A stretch of 64,000 nucleotides of DNA from Octopus sinensis. Its lineage: Eukaryota. Made by a program: the position numbers and the translations under genes. Location of the stretch: positions 78,182,001-78,246,000 of the forward strand of contig NC_043003.1 of NCBI RefSeq assembly GCF_006345805.1, in the 5' to 3' direction. The notes beneath the pieces were generated by a model. That model was not told the DNA's origin and ran no database searches. It saw nothing but the letters and a program-made list of their open reading frames with translations. This document shows positions 1-13,300 of the stretch, in pieces. The stretch's first letter is position 1. Every line of letters starts with the position of its first letter.

Positions 1-9
1 GTGCTGATA

Positions 10-388
10 TGACATTGTGGTTAAGGAGTTTGCTTCCCAACCATGTGATTCTGGGTTCCATCTTACTTCATGGCATCTTACGGAACTGTCTTCTATTATG
101 GCCCTGAGCTGACTAAACCCTAAGCAGTGGATTTTGCAGACAGAAACTGAAAGAAACCCTGTGTGTGTGTCTGTCCTCGTCTTGACACTGCATGACAGTT
201 GTAAATGAATATAACTGTCATACAATCAGTGTCCCTTGTTTCTCATCTTTCGTGAAAATGTGTCCAGGCATGGGGGAAATATTACCTTGCTTGGGAACAA
301 GTGAGGGTTGATAACAGAAGGGGTATCCTTCTGTAGAAAATCTACCTCAATAAATACTGTGATCCATGGAAAAGTGGACATCAAAAAT
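10..388 (+). mobile_element. tRNA-derived SINE
   Basis: tgtggttaag...ctgggttc head and body shared with copies at 24125, 30225 and 60955. Confidence 0.75.
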
Positions 389-1200
389 AATATTTATATA
401 TGTATATACATATACACACACACACACATATATATATTTATTTATATATCTATATATTTATATATCTATATATATATATTTATTTATATATCTATATATT
501 TATATATCTCTCTATATATATATTTATTTATATATCTCTCTCTATATATATTTATTTATATATCTCTCTATATATATATTTATTTATATATCTCTCTATA
601 TATATATTTATTTATATATCTCTCTATATATATATTTATTTATATCTCTATATATATATTTATTTATATATCTCCCTATATATATCTTTATTTATATATC
701 TCTATATATATATTTATCTATTATCTCTATATATATATTTATTTATATATCTCTATATATATATTTATCTATATATCTCTATATATATATATTTATATAT
801 ATTTATCTATATATCTCTATATATCTATATATATCTATATATATATATATATTATATATATATATATCTATATATATATATTTATCTATATATTTATATA
901 TCTCTATATATATTTATTTATATATCTCTATATATATATTTATATATCTCTATATATATATTTATCTATATATCTCTATATATATATTTATATATCTCTA
1001 TATATATTTATTTATATATCTCTATATATATATTTATTTATATATCTCTATATATATATTTATTTATATATATCTCTATATATATATATTTATTATATAT
1101 CTCTATATATATATATTTATTTATATATCTCTATATATATATATTTATTATATATCTCTATATATATATATTTATTTATATATCTCTATATATATATATA

Positions 1201-1237
<37 letters not shown>

Positions 1238-1252
1238 ATATATATATATATA
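389..1252. repeat. TA-rich minisatellite (unit about 20-26 nt, TCTATATATATATTTATTTATATA)
   Basis: Visible periodicity; source of the three I/Y-rich false ORFs. Confidence 0.97.
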
Positions 1253-1270
1253 CAATTCTTTTATTTCCAG

Positions 1271-1368
1271 CACATTACATTCCTATGTCACCTCATGAAC
1301 GTCAAAGTCAGATAAGTAGCAGATCCGATAGACTTGCTAAAAAGAAGTGGGATGCAATTCAAAAGAAA
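1271..1368 (+). CDS. KIF21: KIF21 exon ([11 protein letters not shown]...[10 protein letters not shown])
   Basis: ttccag| acceptor, |gtgagt donor; phase 1 to 0. Confidence 0.9.
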
Positions 1369-4300
1369 GTGAGTATTATTTGTTTAGTCCCTTACTACTT
1401 GAACTGGCTGTATTCAGCCAAAATATTCAACCTGTTTTATGTTCTCACAAGCCAGATCTGACCTATTACACCTAGACTACAATGTCATTCTTAAAACAAA
1501 CAACTACTTCATTGAAATATCATAGTTTCAAGATAATGTATGATAAATTCAAAACTATGTGAATAAAGAAACATTACATTTGACAAATATCTTGCCAGTG
1601 CCGGTGGACTTGCTCCTGTGCAGGTGGCACATAAAAAGCACCATTTGAGCATGACTGTCGCCTGTACAACCTAACTGGCCCTCGTACCGGTGGCACGTAA
1701 AAGCACCTACAACACTCTGAGTGGTTGGCATTAGGAAGGGCATCCAGCTGTAGAAACTCTGCCAGATCAGATTGGAGTCTGGTTCGCCAGACCTCAGTCA
1801 AATCGTCCAACCCATGCTAGCATGGAAAGCAGATGTTAAACGATGATGATTAAGGATGAAATTTTCTGAAAAATAAAATCTAAGTAAATTTCATTGCTCT
1901 CAAGAGTGGGAAAGTCTGGCATTTTGGGCTTGAGTTGTTCTCTGTGGATAGATCTATGCCTCCAAAACATTGACTTTTGTTTTGTTTTTTTATTCCTCAT
2001 CGCACCCAAATTTATTAATCTTAACATTCTCTATTAGATTTTTCATATATATTCAGTATATATTGCTTTTGATTGTCTTTTGTCACCTGTAACTCCCTTT
2101 AACACATCAAATGCAATATTAACCTCCCAATTCATCTTATTCCTGACTATATACCTGAACTTGGGCTGCGAGATGCTGTTTCATTATTCCATTAGGCTTC
2201 TAGTGTATGTATCACTCGAATGAACTAAGATTTCATTTATGGAAAATTGGAGATTATAATTTTTTTTTTTTTTTTTTTAATCGATTGCCAGGAACAAACT
2301 CTAATTTAGTATTACATGGAAAAACAATTAAGTTTTGACTCTGTTTGTAATGAGTCTCTTCATGATAATGAAGTCTAGGTTTCTGACTCACGAATACCTT
2401 GCAAGAAATATCCACTATATGCCAATAACTTTTGTTTCAAAATCTTTGTAACTTTTAGGTAGAGGATATTGTCAACAAACGACAGACTCTAAGTTTGATA
2501 GAAAAAGATATGGAAACGTGGTTAAAAGTAAGTGTGTTTAATTTTATTTGTTTTTGAATGATGTGTGTGTGTATGTATGTGTGTGTTTTATATGTATGTG
2601 TGTGTGTGTGTGTGTGTGTGTGGTATATTTTGTAGGTGGAGAAGTTTCAAGTGTAAGATTAACTTGAGCTCTTAGAACTTGCTGTGTTTGTGTTGTTGGT
2701 TAAAAAGTTCCTTTCTTATATTTGAACCTCCAATGTATTAGTTGCTGATTATAAACATTTAACTTACTTCATCTCTCTAGCTGTCTCTTACATTTCATAC
2801 AATTAATCTTCTAATTAAAGTGATGCTTTGAAAAATCATTTTGTTTCTTTAGCAATACACATGTCATGACAATAGAACACTCTTACCCCACCCCCCACTC
2901 TCTCTTTCTCACACACTCACACGACTTGTTTGAATGTTTAAAATGTCTGATATGGATCATTGCTGATAAGATTTTAATCCTTCAGACTACGTACTTCAAC
3001 TTTAGAGACGAAACAGTTCTTATTTACACCTACACTCTTTTGATTGGTTTGATCTCCATTCATCATCATGTGTAGTGCAGATGTAAATATTGTTTAAAAA
3101 AATTATTTTTCAATGTCTAAAGATAAGTTTAAAACTCCACTGTGCAGTAAATTAGTTCCAGTAATAGTTGGCATTCCATTTTGAGTGGGTGCTGTGATCT
3201 GTTACATACCGAAAAAATCTGGCTTAAATTCCAACCTAATGAGTCATAAGGCTCATGATATCCCTACATCTAGGTTTATTTATCTGTGAGGACACCTTGT
3301 CTAGTGAAGGTTAACTGCATTCATCTTTATGGCATCATACAACTGTTTTACTGAGACCATATTTTAATATGTCAATGCCAAATCCTCAGTGATGTATTTT
3401 ATTTCCTTCTACAATTTGATGATAGCTATTTTGCTATCCATCTATGTCAGATACCAGCTTTATCAGTCATCATAGATGGTTTAAGAATAAGTATTTGTCT
3501 GACTTTATAAAGCAAAAAAAAAAGGCTTTGTAAAATTTATTTCCTAGTAATTTCCTATTTTCTCTTTTTCACACTTTTAAGGAACGGAGAAAATTGGGCC
3601 AGAATATAGAAAAATACACGAAAAAGAAAGAAACTCTTACAGAAACTCAACAGGTAAGAATGTTGGAAGAGTATTTCATATGAGTTTATTTTATTTAATA
3701 TTATTTCAAACTATATCTCATTTTCAGTAATTTATATCTGACATTTGTAATTGGAAAAAGGAAAAACTGTTTTCAATTTTTTTTATTATTCTAGTCCCAA
3801 GAAGCAATTGATGAATGTGTAGATGTAATTGAGAGCTTAGAAGGACAACTTCAGCTATGCCAAGAGCACATTACTGAGATACAGGAGCAAATCATGCATC
3901 TGGAAGAAAATAAAGTAATTTTCATTGTATCTTTTAATTTTTTTTTTTTTTTTTTGGGTTTTTCAATTTTGTTTATTCACTGAGAACCCAATAGCAGTTT
4001 TTATATTTTGTAGATGCACGATACTAGTGCCCAACATGTATTTAGAACAAAACTAAATGTGTTTAGTGGCTTCAGAGATTTTACAGCAATACAACTGTTT
4101 TATTTTCTAAGCTATCTCAAATTAAATCATTTGCCAGATAGATGTGTGTATGTGTTCATGCCTGTATGCGTACGTGCGCGTGCACACACATTGTAGAGTT
4201 AAGGGAATCCTTTTTGTCTTGTCTTGAACATGGCAAACCTCTCTAGTAGTAGAATAAAATGCATCCAGTACATTCTGTAAATAATTGGTGTTAAGAAGAA

Positions 4301-7300
4301 TAGAAACCATGCCAAAGATATAATGCAGGAGTGTGGTACAGTCTTCCAACCCTTCTAGGAAAGCAGTAACTTGAAATAAAGACATAGTCCACACTGGTCC
4401 ACTCAACCTATGCAAGTGTGGAAAAAATAGATGTAAAATGAAAATGACAATTGTGTGTTAGACCATCCATTCAAATTTGAGGCTTGTATGAGCTGAATAC
4501 AAACTATTTGGCTGTGAAAAAAGTGGAATCTGTTTGGTCAGTAAGAAAAACTAGAACGAAAGTTATACAAACTAAATCACTTTTAGTAAAATTTAAACCC
4601 CTGGCAAATATGGTCGGCAATCCAGAATATTTTTCTGGTGCATTTTGACTTATATACTTAATATTCTAATTTTTCACTAGTCTACTACTCATGAATTTTT
4701 CTAATTTTCTGAGAAATTTCAAATTTCTAAAATCTATTACTCAGTACTTAGTTTTTTTTCTTTTTTCAAAGAACTCAGGAACATATGGATTAGTTTAGAT
4801 ACCTGAAAATCAGAAAAACTTGGGTGTGATATTTACTAAAGTATATAAATGTTTGTTTGAAATTATATGAAAGGAAAACTGAATACATTAACAAAAACAA
4901 GTGTTTTCTTATATTTTTAGAACAATGATGAATTGGAGAAACTACAAGTTATATACAGTAAAAGCAACCATTTGGAGAGTCAATATTTGTTTAGACATCT
5001 AATGGAATCTGTATTATCAAAGGTAATATAAGCCTTCTATAATCCTTGTTTCTTAAATGTTCTTGTAATGTGACTTTCTTGTGACTTTTACTAAAGGAAG
5101 GTAAGTGTGATTGGCCAGGATATCATCAATACAGCATAAAACTTTGTGTTGGTTAGTCATGTTAGTGGCTATGGAAGTTTAGAACTAGGAATGGTGATTG
5201 GAATGGTCCTTTTGTTGCCATATTTCTGTTAAAATACACCGCCTTTGTATTGATTAATTTTGAAAATAATGAAAACTTTAGTAAAACAACTTTGCCATTA
5301 TTAAGCTGGTATCATAAAACTCAAAGTGGTTTCAGTTGAGTTGGTATCAAAAGGATTAGAATCCTTAATTTGAAATTCAATATAGGGCGATAAAAATCTG
5401 ATCACCATTTCCTAACTAGAAAGCTAACATAATTTAGAACTTGGTCAACTCCAGGTGATGAATTCCATCTATACTGACTACTAAGTTTAAACTAAGAACA
5501 AACAATTTGTTCTCATTTTGTTCTTAGTTTAAACTTAGTAATCTGTATAGAGAGAATTCATCACTTGGTGTTGATGAAATTCTAAATTGTTTGCTTTCTG
5601 GTTAAAAAATGTTAATTGAACTTGTATCTTCCTATATTGAATTTCAAATTAAAGCATTGTTATGAAAGCAGAAAACTAGTAGCAGTCAAGATCGATCAGT
5701 TTAGCAAGATTATTTTTTTAATCAATAAATTGAACTTCAATGGCTGTATCTTTTGTGAAAATGCTGCAGATATTTTGGTAAAAAATAAACTATTTTTGTT
5801 TGACCTAAAGAAATCATTTGACAAAATTTTGCCATTTGAAAATTATGCAGAAAATGTTTCACTAAGTGTTCAGACATTTAAAGAGACTGAAAAACGTTCG
5901 TCAAGATTAAGATTGCCACCCTGGCTAATACAAAGCAAGTGGGATATTAACCTCCATTGGAACTTTAATATGTATTAGCTACTATTCATAATTACTAATT
6001 CAGGAACTTCAGAATATCATGTAAATTTAATTATTCTGATTAAACAGAAGTTTGTTTTAGCAAAGATTAATATTGTGGTTATTTTGATATGTATGTATGT
6101 ATATACATATATACGTACAAGTTAGTTTTGGTCTTATGGCAGAAGTATTCATCTTTATGACGGTGTTTCCTGCTTTTAACAAATAGACAGTATATTGTTG
6201 TTTCATATGAATCTTTACTTATTTTCTATTACTGTTTCAGGGAACATTATGTGCCAATAAAGAGACTGAATTAAAAGAACTTCAAGCTAAACTTCACCAA
6301 TGCATGGTGAATAATAACTTACAGCAAGATATATTGAAGCATATGATGGCTGATAGAATAGACATTGACATGGAAGAATTTGTACAAAATGATGCTGGTA
6401 CGTTCTTGATCTTTCTTACAATGGATTGGATTGTAGCACTGCGTAGCTGTAATTGTCTTTGATATTGTCTTCTAAAGTTCAGTATTAAGAAAGAATATAG
6501 TCACTGAACTTAAATCCTTTGGACAGTCATTCTTCTTTTTTTTTGTGTGCATTGATTTACATCTTGATCCGTGACCAGGGCTGGTTGAAGGTACCAGCAA
6601 CTTAAGCATTTGCTCAGAGTAGAATGAATTAGGTAATCTTCCTAATACAAAAAGAGAAATGTGAAAAATAATAAAATGTGAAAATGTTGCAGAAGTTAGG
6701 GGTTCATTTGGACTAGGCACAGAGACTATTCTGTCACCCACCTGTCCTCCATTCAGTTTTTGAAACAAAATGTGTTGAGATCATTGCCAAAAGTGCATCC
6801 AGTGTCCAGTCTTACTTAGTTATACAAATGAAGGTATTTGAAACTTTATTCCTGAGTTTGAATTGTTCTCTTTAACTAGGATATTGTAATAAGCACTTTA
6901 GTCCTACATTTGCATTTTAACCATGTAAATTTAAGAGTAATTAAGGGTGCTGAAATGATGTAAAGACTTGGTGTCTGTTACATTATGCACAGGTTGCAAT
7001 GGGTAAATTGTCACCATCTTATATTTTTAATTTGGGCATGCACATTTTGTTTTTGATTTTGTTGACTACACAGTATAGTAGAGTCAGTTGGGCACTGTCT
7101 GTGAGAAAAACACAGTTCACTTTGCCAGAAATTTGGATATAATATGCTGTACTGCTTGGCATTCACACCAGAAGCTCCAATATGAACATCCCAGGGTCTT
7201 TGGGTATCAATCTGAGGACATGTACCGAGAGTGATAAAAATCTAACATCCAGTTAACATCCTAGTGTTTGGAGTGATCACTAGTGATGGCAATGTTATGC

Positions 7301-10300
7301 CTCCATTCATCTTCCCACATGACCTCAAACTCAATACAGAGGCCTACATCAAGTGCTTGGAGGAGTTAGTGCTACTCTGGGTCAAGAGGGAGGCTGCTGG
7401 AAAACCCTATGTCTGGCAACAGGACTCTGTACCATGCCACACAAGCAGGAGAACCCAGTCATGGCTGTTAGACAATTTCTGTGACCGCCTAATTCTCCAG
7501 ACTGCAAACCCCCTTGATTATTATGTGTGGGGTGCAGTTGAGTGAGACGCTAACAAAATTCCTTGTAATACCAAAGATGAACTGAAGGCAAGGGTTATGG
7601 CAGCATTCACCAACTGAAACCCCTTTTGGCAATGTAATGTATCCATTATGTTGCCATTCACTAAGATAGCTGCCTTAATAGGTTTCCATGGTGTTCCTTT
7701 TCTGTGTGTGGCTTCTAATGACAACTCAATACATGGGGGATATAATACACTTCAGTCATTCATGTCTATCTTGGAAATCTCACTCTCTTTCTTCATGTTG
7801 TTTTAACATCCATCTTATTTTTCACATCTGATTCACCCTTTGTGCAGGTTAAGAAAACTCCATTTCTGTTTTGTTTACATCAAGGAAGAACCACTTTATC
7901 TATTTATCAATACTGTTAAATTCCCCTTTATTTCATAGGATGTCATTATTTCTGTCACACTGGTATGACCAGGTTGTGGATTTGCAAACAGAAGTTTTTG
8001 ACACCTCATGAAATAAAGGCGAAGTCTGTGCATTATTAAATGACTAAAATAACTCCTTCACAGTGTAATTACTTGAATTTCAATACATGATCTTAGAAGT
8101 TATTTGCTTGACAAGTACAAATCTGAAACTATTTTTTTGTATTAAAAGGGAATTCACTTTTTTTTATTTTCAGAGACTGAAAGTATTAGTTCAGGTTCCA
8201 CCTCTCCTGTCGACAAGTGAGTAACACTAACACAGTATTTCATGTTTTTCTTCCTCCTTCTTATTTATATGTAAAATCAGATAAACTGCTCTACAAATGG
8301 GGAATTATCTTGTTGGAATCATTTAGAATCAGAATATGCTGTACAATTTAAAAATTCTAATTTCTTAAATTTATGTATAAAGTAAGATGTTATAAAATTC
8401 CAAGTACATTGACTAACATTTAGTGTCATTGATTACTTATTACCCAGCTGGAGAGGGACAAGGAATAAATTTAGTTCTGAACCAGTACATTCTTTGTTCA
8501 GATGTTACTAGAGTTTACTTTGTCAACCCCTAGGCTAGGATCAGTATAATGAATCCTAGTAAGACTGGGGCCAGTTAAATCAGCTATATCCTTTCTCTTA
8601 TTAAAATTACTGTCTTTTGTACAGAAATCCATATTGTAAACATGAAGCTTTTGGAAAATATTGAAACAGAATTTATCATTGAATTCTCAAATTGGAGAAA
8701 TGTTTCAGTTGTCATTTAGAAAATATTTTGGCCCTTGGTTTGCTGGCTAACTTTATGCAAATGACATTTAGTGAAAATTCAGTGACAAGCCTGTTTGTAC
8801 TTATAGTTCTTTGTATCAGTTCTTTGACTAACATTTAAATATGCTGGCTAAAAGATTCTACTAATACAAAATGAATTCTTTGTCAACTCAGAAAATTTAA
8901 TGACTGAGACAGCTAAGTTATTCTCTTGTAATCATCAAGGATCCGTGACTGAGTACTTAACTCTAGTATTGGGCTGTTTAAGCAACTGAGACTGTCATTC
9001 CTCTTCAGACAGCATGCTGATTTACCACAGGTGAAGTGAGGCTGTGTAGAATTAAGTTCCCTGATCAGAAACACATTGGATTTAAACTTATGACTTAGAG
9101 TTAAATATCATTCAGTGATTTCACCACCATAAACACACCCCTGAAATGTACCTCAGTTATGTGTATCATAGGGATTAGAAACTTATTCTATGACAAGATG
9201 AGACTATCTTGTGCTGGGTACTCCTGAGTGTTTTAATCCTTATAGTTTAGATTCTATAAAACAAATTTTGACACATACCTTATTGTAGTCTAAACTTGAT
9301 TGGGTTTCAACTATATTACATATTTTATTAGTTTCAGATTTGTATTTATTGAATATTTATTCAATTTATTGTATTTTGTAATGTTTTCATTAAGAAATGT
9401 TAATTTAATTATTGAATACATGTGAAATTGTTAATTTCTCCAAGTCCTCATTGTTTCTTGCTTTAACTTGTAGTTTGTCCACTGTTAGAATAATTTTAGT
9501 ATCACTCTCCAAAACATACTTTCCTCCTGACTTTTGTAGTTGTATCTCATTTGTTAGTAGTTGAACAACCATAATGGTGTCATCTCTACACATTTAAACA
9601 AACCAGCCTCTGGAATGGTGCAATCTAGATGGCAATCATTTGATCATGAATTGAAGAAAATATAAATTCGTATAATTCTGTGTTGTTAAAAACTGCTTAG
9701 TTTGTCTAAAATAAAGAAACTAAGCTAACTGAAATTACAGTGTCTTTCTTGTAACTATTAACATAAGCTGACACTTAGGAAAGGAGATGGCAGAAAATTA
9801 CTTCAATCTGATATCAGCACCAAGTCAACCTCAATAACTTAGCTCTGATTCTTAGACATATCTATCCTATGATGATAAACTGCCCAAATAGATAAGTTAT
9901 TGAATTAACTGCTTATGAGTCTAGTTCTAATCTGTTGCTATTATTTCATTGTTTGGACTGCTTCCGTATTGAGAGCCAACTTTTGTAAATAGGTAGCTGT
10001 TTATCTGAGAATGTTTTATCTCAGATCAGAGTTCACCAATCATCTGGTCTCTGCATAATAGCAGGTGTGTGTAACAACTAATTCCAGAGAGAAATGCTTA
10101 GCATCATTTGTTATAACTCTGAAAAGCCCACACTATACTGAAACACACTTCTTTTCAAATAATATTATCAGTTCATAAAATGACATTTTCTTTCCATTAA
10201 CCAGAACTCTACTGTTGATCAGTCAAGCTACATGCACATAGTACCTTTTGATGTAAAATTGATTTCAACAATGGTTGCCTTTACTGGCACTATTTTAGTT

Positions 10301-13300
10301 GAAAGTCTTTTATTTATGTCTTATAAATTGTATGTGGTTAGTGTGTTGGCTAATTAAAATAGTTCTTGTTACCTGAGTCTTGTATAATTTTAACATAAAA
10401 ATAACAAATATTTCTGTATTATTGATCTCCATCTAATTCGAGTAATCAGTATAAATAATAGCAATTATATACCTATTTGTTTCAATATCCTGACTTAAAA
10501 TCTGCTTGCTCATTAAAAATTAAAAATTTCTTAAGTATGATTACTTATAGTTAAATCATAAAAATGTTACATTTATATAAATTAGTAGTTTTTTCTTTTT
10601 TTTTACCTTTCAAATTATTATAATTAATATAAGAAAGTTTTCTCATAAAATCAGATTTTGTCGGCTGATTTCATAGAGATTACTCCTTCATGGTTAGTTC
10701 TTTAATAGTCAATATTTTCTAAAAGCAGGCTGACAAAAGTCACTTTGTTTGATTTATTTACTTTTTTTTTTTTTTTCAATATAAAAAAAAAGCAGGCTAT
10801 GTTTTTTTTTTTTTTTTAAATGCTTTAAATTTATCAGATTAATATATATGTATGAGTATAAACTTATTCTTCAGCGAGAATAGTATTGACAGTGACTTTG
10901 AAACTTTGGCCAGCAAAACAATTATTTGACTGTCCAAGGATGGCTTACTTGGCCAAATCTTCAAAGCCACTGTCAGAATGATTCTTGTTAAAGAAATATG
11001 TATGTTATAGTCTTTTATTAATTCAGTATTATAGCCTTAATATGTATTTTTCATATAATCTCTTATGAACTTTAATAGGCTTGTTGGCTGTTAATCTTGT
11101 TAATAATAATAATAGCAAAGTTGGTCCCAGATTAATTTTGTATGGACTTATTGTCTTGTTTCTTTCAAATATTTTCTATTTTTTAAAATAGTATTTTTTT
11201 TTTATTAAAGCTATGTTATTAACAAATTACTTTCTTTCTCTTTTATTCTTCATTGCGGTGGCCTGTCCCATATCCACCCTTCCCTATTGTTGTGATATTG
11301 GTTTGATTTCCAGTGACTTTTGTTGCTTTGCTGCTGTTGTCTTAGTGTGCTTCATTGCATTAGAATTGCTATGGTCTTGAAAAATCACTCCTTGTGTTTA
11401 GTCTCTGTTATTATTATTATTATTATTACTACTACTACTACTACTACTATTACTGCTGCTACCACTCTCGTGACATTAATGGATTTCTCACATCACCTTC
11501 CTGTGCCTGTCAACAGAATGCTGCCTTTTTTTTCTAGTTTTCTATATGTTTGTTTTTTATTTTTCTACATAAACTGTTATTGTTGTTACCATTCCCATCA
11601 CAATAATCATAATTTGACATTTTTTTTTTTACTTTTTATTGTATATTATCATTGTTGCCTTTATGATTATTTTTCTAAACTTTCTAGCATGAATGTCAAA
11701 AAATGTACCTCCCCCGTACGTGTAAGTATGGGTTCCTCTGCAGTTCAAATATTGTGTGTTGTCACAGGTTCTCAAATAACCATGTATATACATATTACGC
11801 CCTATATATACCCCACCCCCAGTGCCCAATTAATATTATTTAATGCTTACCCCCCAAATATCGACATATTTTACAACTCCACTCCATTTTTCAATCTTTA
11901 TTTTTTTATCTAAAATGTATTTTGTTAACCTTTTAACAAACATTAACTAAATTAATATTTGGGCACATTTTGGTTTCATCAACAATCTGCCAAGAAATTA
12001 AATGGAGAGGAAGAGGAAAGACAAAACTGCTGAGTATAGAACATTGTGTGTATGTGTGTGTACATATATATATGTATTAAATATTCTTTTTCGAGCCAAA
12101 ATGATGCAAGTTGTTAGAATTAATAATACAGGTTGATGGGCAGTACTGCTACCTTGTATTTTAGTATTTTTGGTTTAAGACTCTTTCCCCAAGAAATTGA
12201 CAGAGCAGAAGAGTCAACTATGAACACCTTTCCTCCATAGATTTCTTAGAAGAAGGATTCTTAAGCCTGAAATATCAAAATACTGGATAATAGTTCTAAC
12301 CTGTAATTATTAATCGTTTCATAAGTTACATTGTTTCTGCTTAAAGAAAAAAACATTATATATATATATATATATATATGACTTACACACACATACAGAA
12401 TAAAACTTAAATGGAATCGTTCAGTAATTATGCAATATGAAGGTTCCTATACCATTTCTGTGATATAAAATGGAATTATGAATGTGATTATTTTATTTCT
12501 CGGTTGTCATTTGTAAAATGACTCTCAGAGTTCCTGGAATGTGACTGCTTACCATTTCTGCTTATCTTCAGCTTATTTCAGTTAAATCCAGAAATTTGTC
12601 ATGGATTACATCTGTTAGGGTTTTCAGTTATTTTTTTACTGAAAAATGTTCTCGACACTGCAAAATATTTGGAAATCCTTGAATTTCATGCAAGAATAGT
12701 GTAACTTGAAGCTTATGTGTAATACATACAGAGCTAACATGACATTCCAGTACCCCTTACGCTTATCTTTCCAATACCTGCATATTTGCATACCTCCCAC
12801 ATCCCTACACAAACTTTCTGACATACAAGTACATTACTCTGTGCCACTGGTGCCTCCTAATGGTCATTCATCCTGCTAGAAATAGCAATCAAATCACAAC
12901 CTGCTAAATTTAGAAATATAAAAAAAGTTAACATTGGATAGTAAAGCCTTAGAGCTGTGTGAAAAACACAAGATGGGATGATCACAGCTGGAGCACTTGT
13001 GATCAGGTCAGAATTAACCTGAGAGCTAAACAATTACCCATCACATTTCTTTCTAACATGTCTAAAGCACACATCCACCACATATTCTCCACACACATGC
13101 ATCCCTTTCACATACTCAGCTCTCCTGCTTATGTACATATATGCTTGTGTACATAAATTTCTCATGGAGACAATTGAACATACTTATGGGAAGACATGCT
13201 CTTCTTTTGGTGAGAAGTGCACTATATATATGATTAGATAAAAATAGCTATGGTCGGTGTATGGGGACTCCACACGTAATCTTATGGAAGGTCGTAGAAC

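Noticed and set aside
10-90. tRNA gene
   Set aside because: tRNA-like heads here belong to multi-copy SINEs and do not form a full cloverleaf; no rRNA, tRNA or CRISPR array was found in the window.
308-1461. Three long I/Y-rich ORFs (310-353 aa)
   Set aside because: Stop-free reading of the TA minisatellite; only 1271-1368 is a real exon.
9009-9030. 22-nt phase 2-to-0 microexon candidate (KQHADLPQ)
   Set aside because: The donor GTGAAG lacks +5 G; such sites are expected by chance in 19 kb.
12545-12575. Minus-strand CTGAAGA...GAAA motif
   Set aside because: Stem II would be 1 bp and stem I cannot form.
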